A stretch of DNA of 30,992 bases from a virus (Duplodnaviria > Caudoviricetes): the IMG/VR virus record IMGVR_UViG_3300036376_000018, positions 1 to 30,992 of that record; one strand, given 5' to 3'. The position numbers were made by a program, and so were the translations under genes. Numbering within the stretch: position 1 is the stretch's first letter; each line of letters opens with the position of its first letter. The notes under the pieces were generated by a model that did not search any database, was not told the DNA's origin, and saw nothing but the letters and a program-made list of their open reading frames with translations. Shown piece after piece: positions 16,974 through 25,175 of the stretch.

Positions 16974-17525
16974 ATGCAAAGCAATATAATTTCCGGGAAT
17001 ACTTCCTTTCAATTCGTTTCAAGTGCCAGTACAAAAAGTTACCTTAGACTTGATTCTGACTTTACAGCAGATGATGAACTTATTAATGAACTCATATATG
17101 CAGTACAACGGTTTATCGAATCCTATTGTGAAATATCATTGAGTGAGAAGTTACTGGAAGTCAGGTATCAAAAGAATCAAATATATAGAATTCCGTACAG
17201 ACCAGTTCAAAATATCGTTGAGGTTGCTACATGGCTGAACGGTGTAAAAACTGTTCTGGATACTACACAATATGAAATAACCGGTGGTGAAAAAGGAAAG
17301 ACTTTGAAACTGAAATATCCTTACCTGTTTAGTGAGTTGGTAATAGTTTATAGTGTCGGTTACACCTCAACGGCTCAAATTCCAAGCAACTTGCGAATTG
17401 CCGGACTGAGATTAATAGCTGACCTCTACCAGAACAGAGAAAACAGCGTGGAAATAGAGAAAATAAAAGTAAGTTTTGATTCAATCAAACTGCTTAATCA
17501 AGAAAAATATGTAGCATGGTTCTAA
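16974..17525 (+). CDS. Head-tail connector (gp6-like)
   Basis: KSYLRLD...DDELINELI, LIADLYQNRE. Confidence 0.85.
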   Translation: MQSNIISGNTSFQFVSSASTKSYLRLDSDFTADDELINELIYAVQRFIESYCEISLSEKLLEVRYQKNQIYRIPYRPVQNIVEVATWLNGVKTVLDTTQYEITGGEKGKTLKLKYPYLFSELVIVYSVGYTSTAQIPSNLRIAGLRLIADLYQNRENSVEIEKIKVSFDSIKLLNQEKYVAWF

Positions 17526-17526
17526 T

Positions 17527-17856
17527 ATGAAAGACTTATCACAATTCAAATATAATATTCAATTCATTCAGGAAACTGCAATTACAGACAATGCTGGAGG
17601 TCGTTCAGTAAGTGCTACTACCTACTATTCTACATATAGTAGAATGGAAAGCAAACAGGAAAATTTTCAGATTGAAGGAAGCCAGCGTACTTTTCATAAT
17701 AGTTATACATTCACGATTCGTAAAAGACCGGACAAAACAATTACATACTCACATTATATAATGTACAATAACGAAAAATACAGTATACATAGCATACTGA
17801 ACTATTCAGAAAATGAATGCGAGTACCTAAAAATTAAAACATATAAAAAGAACTAA
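17527..17856 (+). CDS. Head closure / head-tail adaptor
   Basis: Synteny; DNAGG, FTIR, YSIHSI pattern. Confidence 0.75.
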   Translation: MKDLSQFKYNIQFIQETAITDNAGGRSVSATTYYSTYSRMESKQENFQIEGSQRTFHNSYTFTIRKRPDKTITYSHYIMYNNEKYSIHSILNYSENECEYLKIKTYKKN

Positions 17857-18186
17857 ATGATAACAGCCAGATTAACATCAAACATAAATTTTCAGCAGAT
17901 TGAAAAAGAGATAAAACAGAAGACAGACAAGGTAATGAAAATCAATGCTGAAAAAGTGAAAGAAAAAGCGAAGAAACTTGCACCGAAAAAGTCCGGGAAA
18001 CTTGCAGGAAGTATTGAAGTTCAAAGACTTGCACAATCAAATTACTCAGTCGGTAGTGATTTGGATTATGCTGGATTCGTGGAGTTTGGTACAAGAAAAA
18101 TGAGAGCAAGACCGTATTTGTACCCTGCATTTTTGGAGGAAACAAGAGGTATAATAAATGAATTAAACGAGTTAATAACAGGATGA
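17857..18186 (+). CDS. HK97 gp10-like tail/neck protein
   Basis: AP.KSG.L..SI, YAGFVEFGTRKMRARPYLYPAF. Confidence 0.88.
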   Translation: MITARLTSNINFQQIEKEIKQKTDKVMKINAEKVKEKAKKLAPKKSGKLAGSIEVQRLAQSNYSVGSDLDYAGFVEFGTRKMRARPYLYPAFLEETRGIINELNELITG

Positions 18187-18605
18187 GAGATATTTTATTT
18201 CAGGTTAGAAGTGCTTTTTACATTGCATTAAGCGGATTGACTTATAATAGTCAGGTAGAGGTGTACGATTATAAAGCACCTGTAAACAGCCAAAACACAT
18301 ACGTTATATTAAGTGAGCAAACTGATGATATTTCAAATACACGAAATTGTACATTACATACAACTACCATGCTGATTGATATTGTAAGCATTTTTGAAAC
18401 TGGTGGGTTTGGCAGAAAAATTACTGATGAAGTTGCTGATATTGTTTTGCAAAGAATTACAAGTACTAATATTAATTCAGTATTGAATACATATTCTCTT
18501 AATGCTACTGATATTAATTTAGTAAGTAGTAATGGATTAATCGAAGAATACGAAACCGAAACTGTTATACGTAGATTATTAAGAATTTCAATGATTGTTT
18601 CGTAA
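18183..18605 (+). CDS. Tail terminator/completion protein (DUF3168-like)
   Basis: VYD..P.....YVIL pattern and synteny. Confidence 0.7.
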   Translation: MRDILFQVRSAFYIALSGLTYNSQVEVYDYKAPVNSQNTYVILSEQTDDISNTRNCTLHTTTMLIDIVSIFETGGFGRKITDEVADIVLQRITSTNINSVLNTYSLNATDINLVSSNGLIEEYETETVIRRLLRISMIVS

Positions 18606-18612
18606 TTATTTT

Positions 18613-18699
18613 ACTATTTATTATTGTATTATTTAATACGCCATTTTTATTAGTTGTTGTTGTTAAGTTAAGGATAAATCATTACTGATTTATCCTTTT
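18613..18699 (+). ncRNA. ACTATTTAT motif plus candidate sRNA-3 with terminator
   Basis: Motif at 18613-18621, about 48 nt body with CCATTTTT, then AAGGATAAATCA-ttac-TGATTTATCCTT-TT (18670-18699); no ORF. Confidence 0.45.
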
Positions 18700-18726
18700 C
18701 TTTTTTAGTGTTTTTCTTTTTTGAAG

Positions 18727-18735
18727 ACTATTTAT
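18727..18735 (+). promoter_or_regulatory. ACTATTTAT motif
   Basis: 25 nt before the ATG at 18761. Confidence 0.65.
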
Positions 18736-18760
18736 ATAAAAAAGTTTATCAAAAAAAATT

Positions 18761-19213
18761 ATGGCAGGAAGAATAGTATCAGCAAGCGAAGTATATATTT
18801 TAACAAGCGTAACAGGAGCAACTGTAACAAGCGGTCTAACAAATGTGGGTTGTGCAAGTTCAGTATCATTAAGCGTTCAAGGCGAAGCAATAGACGTAAC
18901 ATGTAGAGCATCAGGTAGTTGGAAAGAAGCGGTAAGTGGAAATAAAAGCTGGACAGCAGAATTATCTGGTATATACAAAGTATATACAAGTGGCGAAACA
19001 GCAACAAACATATCAGCAGTAAACTGGTTTAACATGCTGACATCAGGTACAAGTGCATTAATTCGTGTCGGTTCTCTCACTTCAGGTGACCCTTACTGGT
19101 ACGGTTACGGAATAATTGGAGATTGGGGAATTGATGCTGGTGATAGCGGAAGTGCAAATTATAAAGTAAGTATAACAGGAAACGGACAATTGTATTTAGC
19201 TTACAATCCTTAA
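18761..19213 (+). CDS. Tail tube (major tail) protein
   Basis: IDVTC..SG.WKE...G.KSWT, Y.VSITGNG.L. Confidence 0.85.
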   Translation: MAGRIVSASEVYILTSVTGATVTSGLTNVGCASSVSLSVQGEAIDVTCRASGSWKEAVSGNKSWTAELSGIYKVYTSGETATNISAVNWFNMLTSGTSALIRVGSLTSGDPYWYGYGIIGDWGIDAGDSGSANYKVSITGNGQLYLAYNP

Positions 19214-19244
19214 TTTTCAATTATTTTCTTGAAAAAAGTTACTT

Positions 19245-19291
19245 AAAAAGTTACTGATTTAATCATTTTTGATTATTTCAGTAACTTTTTT
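19245..19291 (+). terminator. Terminator-like hairpin
   Basis: AAAAAGTTACTGA...TCAGTAACTTTTT. Confidence 0.6.
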
Positions 19292-19301
19292 ATGTTTTTA
19301 C

Positions 19302-19310
19302 TCTATTTAT
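19302..19310 (+). promoter_or_regulatory. TCTATTTAT motif variant
   Basis: 22 nt before the ATG at 19333. Confidence 0.55.
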
Positions 19311-19332
19311 TAATATAAATGATATTAAAAAA

Positions 19333-19641
19333 ATGGTAAAAACAATAAAATTCGGAGAAAAGACTTACAAATTCAAGAAAGGTATTAAACAATCTTACAT
19401 ATTCAATCAATTGTATTTTGAAAAATTTGGTAAAAAATTAACAGTTCAGGAGCAGGACAATGTACTAAGTACTGACAATCTCACAATAGATAATCTTGTA
19501 TTATATTTTCAAAGCGGTTTCATGGCAGCAAATGAAAATTTTGATGAGACATTTGATTCTGTACTTGATTGGCTTGATAGTATTGATACAGAAGAAGTTA
19601 CAAAATATATTGTTGATACTGAACAGGTGGGAAACTCTTAA
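19333..19641 (+). CDS. Tail assembly chaperone (G-like)
   Basis: Between tail tube and tape measure; ends in the slippery site G GGA AAC. Confidence 0.8.
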   Translation: MVKTIKFGEKTYKFKKGIKQSYIFNQLYFEKFGKKLTVQEQDNVLSTDNLTIDNLVLYFQSGFMAANENFDETFDSVLDWLDSIDTEEVTKYIVDTEQVGNS

Positions 19642-20039
19642 CCTCCTCAAATGAGGAGGAAAAGCAGGAAAATGAATATACATTTGACGACCTTAAAGAT
19701 TTGGCTATCGGTGTAATGGGATTATTACCTGAAACTTTTTTTGAACTTAGTTGGGCTGACTTCTTTCGTATGAATTACAATTACAAACTGAAGCAGCAGC
19801 AAGATTGGGAAAAAGTCAGATTCATTAGTACAATTCTGGTAAATATTAATGTTGAAAAGAAACATCAAATAAAACCTCAGCAACTTTTCAAGTTAAATAT
19901 TATTGATAAAGATTATCTGTCAGAAGAAGAACTTAAACAAGAAATCATCGATGGGAAACGCAAAGATGGTTTTGTAATTGACAAAGAAAAAGAACAAAAA
20001 TTAATTCAATTCTTAAATTCATTACCTCCAAGACCCTGA
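19629..20039 (+). CDS. -1 frameshift extension of the tail chaperone (GT-like)
   Basis: The -1 frame is open from 19629 to 20039 and includes the ORF listed at 19701. Confidence 0.75.
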   Translation, partial: GKLLTSSNEEEKQENEYTFDDLKDLAIGVMGLLPETFFELSWADFFRMNYNYKLKQQQDWEKVRFISTILVNINVEKKHQIKPQQLFKLNIIDKDYLSEEELKQEIIDGKRKDGFVIDKEKEQKLIQFLNSLPPRP

Positions 20040-20057
20040 TTTTGTCAGGGTCTTTTT
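20030..20057 (+). terminator. Intrinsic terminator
   Basis: AAGACCCTGA-ttttg-TCAGGGTCTT plus Ts. Confidence 0.75.
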
Positions 20058-20072
20058 ATTGTACTCATCTGA

Positions 20073-20081
20073 ACTATTTAT
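20073..20081 (+). promoter_or_regulatory. ACTATTTAT motif within a CTGAAC...GTTCAG inverted repeat
   Basis: 16 nt before the ATG at 20098. Confidence 0.6.
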
Positions 20082-20097
20082 TAATAAAGTTCAGTAA

Positions 20098-22191
20098 ATG
20101 GCAAGTATAGGAGCATTAAAAATATTATTATCGGCAGATGCAGGAAATGTAAATAAAACATTATCAGGATTACAAAACCAAATTTCAAAAGTCGGTTCTG
20201 CTTTGGCTGCGGGTTTTGCGGTTGATTCATTCGTTGATTTCGGAAAGAAAATAATTGAAGTTTCTGGTGAATTTCAAAAGTTCAATGCAGTACTCACAAA
20301 TACACTCAGAAGTGCATCCGCAGCAGGTGCAGAAATGGCATTATTGCAGGATATTGCAAGCGTTACACCTTTCTCTGTCAGGGAATTAACTGATTCGTTT
20401 GTAAAACTTGTAAACGGAGGTTTCAAACCAACTCGAAGCGAAATAATTGCGTTGGGTGACTTGGCAAGTAGTACAGGTAAAAGTTTTGACCAACTTGCAG
20501 AAGCGGTTTTAGATGCTCAAAGCGGTGAATTTGAACGACTTAAAGAATTCGGGATTAAGGCAAAGAAAAGCGGGGATGAAGTCACATTTACTTTTAAGGG
20601 AGTTAGTACAACCGTAAAAAATACCAGTACTGACATTCAAAATTATCTAATTTCTCTTGGAAAAATTGAAGGTGTAAGTGGCAGTATGGCAGCAATTTCT
20701 GAAACACTTCAGGGTAAAATAAGCAATCTTGGTGATACATTCGATAATTTATTTCGTGTAATTGGTGAAAGAGGTGATGGAATTCTGAAACGTGGAATCA
20801 ATAACTTAAATAAGTATATAACTGCCATTACTGAATTTTTAAAAACTGATAAACAAAGACAAACAGATAATCAGAACAAAGCAAACAGTAATGCAAGTGA
20901 ATTTTTGAAAGAAGAAATTAAGCAGCTTCAAAAAAATATTCAGGAAAAAGAGAAATTAAATGCAGTTGATGCAGAAGCGAAAGCCATACAGCAAGAAAGA
21001 GTACAGCTTGCAGATAGGTTATTAAATGCAGAGCAAGCACTTGCAGACCAAAGAGCAAAAACGGCAAACTTATCGAAGTTAGAAGGAAAAAGAGGACGAG
21101 GTTTTTCAATAGATGGACAGATAGCAGATAGTAAGAAAAGAGAGCAAGAACTTATTAATGAAATAAATGCTCAAAAAAATGCTTTGTCTGAGTTAGATGA
21201 TATTGAAAATAAAAATATTGAAACTAAGAAAAAAGGTAATGGATTAAGTGCTGAACAAGTTAAGCAACAGGAAAAAATACAAAGTACGATTAAAGGAATT
21301 TATCAAGAGCTTGCAAATTTAGATAGTGAACAAAACGTACTTACTGACTTAGGAGAAGGTTTTAATATCATAGACAAAAAGCAAGAAACAGTACTTGCAG
21401 GAATTAAAAAGTTAATTGAACTTGGTTTAAAACCTGAAAGTGAAGCTGTAAAAGCATTGGTGAAAGAATATGAAAAACTGGCAAATATTGATACTGATAA
21501 ACTTGAACTGATTGACAATAAAAAAAGAATAGACAAGCAAATACCTACTCTTTCAGTACCTACACAAAACCAGACAGGAAATATAAGTCTGTCAGATAAT
21601 CAGGTTCAGGCAATAGAAGGATTAAAAGCACTTGGTAATACAGCAGAAGAAACACAGGTAAAAATAACAGATTTCGACAATGCTTTGGCTTCTGCTTTTT
21701 CTTCTGGATTACAATCAGCAGTTGCAAACCTTGTAAGTGGTGGTGATGCTCTAAAAGGTGCATTAGGTGCAATTTTGAGCATATTAGGAGATTTCGCTAT
21801 AAAATATGGTGAACGGCTCATTGCGATAGGTATTGCGGAAAATATTGCATTACCGGGTTCAGGTGTTCCGAAAATTGTGGGTGGTGGGTTATTAGTAGTA
21901 GCTGGTTCATTGGCAAAAGCATTGAGTAGTAGTTTAGGCTCAGACAGCAAGCCGAAAAGTTCAGGAGGATATAAAAACGGACTTACAAGTGTACCCGGAT
22001 GGGCGAATGGTCATTATTTTCAATTGCATTCGGGCGAAAGTGTGCTTCCGGCAGGAACAGACATGAATAAAATTCTTTCTGATAGAGGTTTCGGTGGTGG
22101 AAGTTTTGAAATAGGTGAATTAGTACTAAGAGGTGATACAGCAGTTGCATTAATTAGCCGTACAACTGGTAGAACAAACAGAGTAAGATAA
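20098..22191 (+). CDS. Tape measure protein
   Basis: TPFSV.EL, LAEAVLDAQSGEFERLKEFGI, TLQGKISNLGD; long helical protein; synteny. Confidence 0.9.
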   Translation: MASIGALKILLSADAGNVNKTLSGLQNQISKVGSALAAGFAVDSFVDFGKKIIEVSGEFQKFNAVLTNTLRSASAAGAEMALLQDIASVTPFSVRELTDSFVKLVNGGFKPTRSEIIALGDLASSTGKSFDQLAEAVLDAQSGEFERLKEFGIKAKKSGDEVTFTFKGVSTTVKNTSTDIQNYLISLGKIEGVSGSMAAISETLQGKISNLGDTFDNLFRVIGERGDGILKRGINNLNKYITAITEFLKTDKQRQTDNQNKANSNASEFLKEEIKQLQKNIQEKEKLNAVDAEAKAIQQERVQLADRLLNAEQALADQRAKTANLSKLEGKRGRGFSIDGQIADSKKREQELINEINAQKNALSELDDIENKNIETKKKGNGLSAEQVKQQEKIQSTIKGIYQELANLDSEQNVLTDLGEGFNIIDKKQETVLAGIKKLIELGLKPESEAVKALVKEYEKLANIDTDKLELIDNKKRIDKQIPTLSVPTQNQTGNISLSDNQVQAIEGLKALGNTAEETQVKITDFDNALASAFSSGLQSAVANLVSGGDALKGALGAILSILGDFAIKYGERLIAIGIAENIALPGSGVPKIVGGGLLVVAGSLAKALSSSLGSDSKPKSSGGYKNGLTSVPGWANGHYFQLHSGESVLPAGTDMNKILSDRGFGGGSFEIGELVLRGDTAVALISRTTGRTNRVR

Positions 22192-22240
22192 TAATAAATC
22201 CTTTCTGATAAATCCGTAATGAATGAATCATTGCGGATTT

Positions 22241-22249
22241 ACTATTTAT
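22241..22249 (+). promoter_or_regulatory. ACTATTTAT motif
   Basis: 20 nt before the ATG at 22270, abutting the hairpin at 22209-22241. Confidence 0.65.
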
Positions 22250-22269
22250 ACATATATAATGTATAAATA

Positions 22270-25077
22270 ATGGCAAGAAGAATTGTATTATCGAGCGTAA
22301 ATGTTGCTTGTAGCTTAACCGGAACAGGAACAGCATTACTGGATTATTCAGTAAATGATGAAGTAACAGCACCTTTGAGGTTCATACTTGAGCAAAACGG
22401 AGTAGAATTAAAAAGACAATCAGGAAACAGGTTTGTAAACCTGCAAAATGGTACATATCTTACTTATGTAGAAACTCAAACAAGTGATAGAAACCAATAT
22501 GCAATAAGTAATCCAGTAGAATTTACAGTAAGTTGTCAGGCTCAATTACTTGTTTCCTACACAAAAAAAGATTGTAGTTATCAGGGTTCAAACGATGGAC
22601 AAATAGTATTAAGCATTTCAGGAGCTACTAAACCATATCAAATAAATGTAAGTAGTACATCGGGTTTTACACTCTCTGATAGTATTAATTACAGTACTTA
22701 TAGCATGTTCAACCTTGTTCCGGCTGTTTATACGATTGTAATCACATCTCAGGAAGGACTTTCAAAAACTCTTACAATTCTCATTACTGAACCTTCTTCA
22801 TGTGACTTACTTATTAAAAATATTGCGGTGGGTAGAGAATCAATGAGACGTAATAGAGATGCTTATCTGATTGTTAATACGACTACAAGTAACAGAAATA
22901 CACCTGTTTTATATCAGTTATGCGATTTAGATAATACTATCATATATGATTTTCAGACTGGTAACACATTTACCAATCTCACAGAAAAACAATATATTGT
23001 AAATGTCAAACAACAAGCAGGTTGCCAACAAAGTGATATTGTAACAATCAATAGAAGATTACCTTTATACTCATACGTTTACCAAGATTTCTTACAGGAA
23101 TATACCAGAATAGAAATACTCCAATCAAATTATGCAGGTGCAAGTGAAAGTTGTATTGGAGGAAGTGAACCGTTTTTAATTCAGTATGAAAACGAAGGTG
23201 ATGAGAAAACAGAATCTATAAAAAGCAGTAGTGCAACTATCCAACTCCTCAACGACAAAAAAGACAAATACAGTCAGTTTTTTACATCTGACAATAGAAA
23301 ATATCGTTTGGATATTTATAAGAGTAGCTTAGAATCTGACTTAACAGATGATGTAGATAAAAGTCTGCTTTTTTACAGTGGGTATATAATCCCGGAATTG
23401 CTTGTTGAAGATTATATAAGCGGAAAATACATTACAAATATTTCATTCAGCGATGGTTTAGGCGAATTGAAAACTTCAACCTTTGACTTGCCAGATGGTT
23501 ATTATACACTCAGTTACTTACTTCAATATCTGATTTCCAAAACTGACCTTCATTTACCTATTTCAACATCAGTAAATATTTTTGATAGTAGTTTTTCAGG
23601 TTATACATTTCAAAGTGATACATTAGAAAAGTACAAAGTCAGTTCAAGAGCATTTCAAGATGAAAACGGTAAAAAGTTCATGTGTGATGAAGTTCTGAAA
23701 ACCATTTTAGAAACTTTTTGGCTTAGAATTTTCCAGCACTCAGGAAAATGGTATATAATAAATGTTCCAAAAAGTGTTTTACCTTTCATACTGAGAAATT
23801 ACGATGAGGATTATAATTATATTGATTATGAACTGTTTAACCCTGAATTAAACATATATAATAATGATACTACTACACTTCCTCAGATTATTTTGAATAA
23901 TGGCACAAAAGAGATGAAACCTGCTTTCAAGTCTGTGAATTCAACACTGATTTATGGAAACTACGGTATATTTCAGGATAAGAATTTTAAGTATTTTAAC
24001 AAGTACACTCAGAATTTTGCAACTTATTATAAGTTGCAATACTGGACTGTTTACAGCACAGCAGCAAATAATATAGTGATACCAGAAGCAAACGGTAAGG
24101 ATGGAAACATCGTATTTTTTTATCGTGAAAATACTACTTTCAACTATAATACTAATAAGTCAATATCTTCATTAATTGCATCTATACCGCAAAGCATACC
24201 AAACCCTTACGACCCATCAGACAGTTCATTAAATATTCAGGTTGGTATTAATATTAAAATAACTGCAAATATCCTGAACAGTATAGATACATTTCCAGCA
24301 CCCGGTAAAGATATTTATACTCAGTTGGTTTTGGTTGGTAACAGTTCCGGTACAACTTATTATTATTCAAGCAATTTGGGAGGTTGGACAACAAGCACAG
24401 CATCGAATAACGAATATTATATTTTTAATACAAGTACAGCCAATTCATTTCAGGACTTTGAAATGAATATTAGTTCTATTCCCGAAAGTGGAAGTTTACA
24501 GCTTACAGTTTTTCAACCTGTATCGGATAACAGTTACCAACTTTTCAAGATAAAAAGTATTGAAAGTACTTTTCTGGTAGCAGGAACAGATTATGCTACT
24601 GAGGAAACTTATTCGGTTGAAAACTCAGGAAATTACAAGAGAATACCGGATAATTTTGAATTTAAGTTAGGTGATACCGTTTCAGACAGTTTTACAGCTA
24701 CTATAAAAAACCTTTCAGGTCAAAATACAAGTAGCTGGAACTACTTATCTGTTTCAGGTCTTACAGGCTCAACAAGCTATAAGAAACTATTCAATGTAAT
24801 TACTGATGATATAAGTTTTCAGAATAGTAAACCTACTCAGAATTTAAGGATTACCATTTTAGGACAATTCAGCCCACTAAATATTTTTCAAGACTTTTAC
24901 GGGAATAATAATCACTTTTTCACCTTTAACGGAATGACTTATTCAGACAAACAGCGTCAAGTAAGTGGTGAATTTTTTGAATTGCTGAAATATCCTCTTA
25001 ATAATAGTCAGCTTTACGAAACTGGAATTGTTCAGACGTATGAGGATGGTAGAACTCAATCTTATGAGTTTGAATAA
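22270..25077 (+). CDS. Tail tip/baseplate protein with N-terminal SprB-like repeats
   Basis: KDCSYQGSNDGQIVLSISGATKPY...NL.PAVYTIVIT...ITEP; central FYSGYI.PE, SDGLGELK, RIFQHSGKWYI; follows the tape measure gene. Confidence 0.65.
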   Translation: MARRIVLSSVNVACSLTGTGTALLDYSVNDEVTAPLRFILEQNGVELKRQSGNRFVNLQNGTYLTYVETQTSDRNQYAISNPVEFTVSCQAQLLVSYTKKDCSYQGSNDGQIVLSISGATKPYQINVSSTSGFTLSDSINYSTYSMFNLVPAVYTIVITSQEGLSKTLTILITEPSSCDLLIKNIAVGRESMRRNRDAYLIVNTTTSNRNTPVLYQLCDLDNTIIYDFQTGNTFTNLTEKQYIVNVKQQAGCQQSDIVTINRRLPLYSYVYQDFLQEYTRIEILQSNYAGASESCIGGSEPFLIQYENEGDEKTESIKSSSATIQLLNDKKDKYSQFFTSDNRKYRLDIYKSSLESDLTDDVDKSLLFYSGYIIPELLVEDYISGKYITNISFSDGLGELKTSTFDLPDGYYTLSYLLQYLISKTDLHLPISTSVNIFDSSFSGYTFQSDTLEKYKVSSRAFQDENGKKFMCDEVLKTILETFWLRIFQHSGKWYIINVPKSVLPFILRNYDEDYNYIDYELFNPELNIYNNDTTTLPQIILNNGTKEMKPAFKSVNSTLIYGNYGIFQDKNFKYFNKYTQNFATYYKLQYWTVYSTAANNIVIPEANGKDGNIVFFYRENTTFNYNTNKSISSLIASIPQSIPNPYDPSDSSLNIQVGINIKITANILNSIDTFPAPGKDIYTQLVLVGNSSGTTYYYSSNLGGWTTSTASNNEYYIFNTSTANSFQDFEMNISSIPESGSLQLTVFQPVSDNSYQLFKIKSIESTFLVAGTDYATEETYSVENSGNYKRIPDNFEFKLGDTVSDSFTATIKNLSGQNTSSWNYLSVSGLTGSTSYKKLFNVITDDISFQNSKPTQNLRITILGQFSPLNIFQDFYGNNNHFFTFNGMTYSDKQRQVSGEFFELLKYPLNNSQLYETGIVQTYEDGRTQSYEFE

Positions 25078-25143
25078 ATCATTACTGATAAATCTGTAAT
25101 GAATAACCATTACAGATTTAATCAATCTCTTAGTATCAAATTA

Positions 25144-25152
25144 ACTATTTAT
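25144..25152 (+). promoter_or_regulatory. ACTATTTAT motif
   Basis: 23 nt before the ATG at 25176. Confidence 0.65.
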
Positions 25153-25175
25153 ATAAAAGTGAATTTTTTATATAA

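Noticed and set aside
19701-20039. Independent gene starting at TTG 19701
   Set aside because: Better explained as the -1 frameshift extension of 19333-19641
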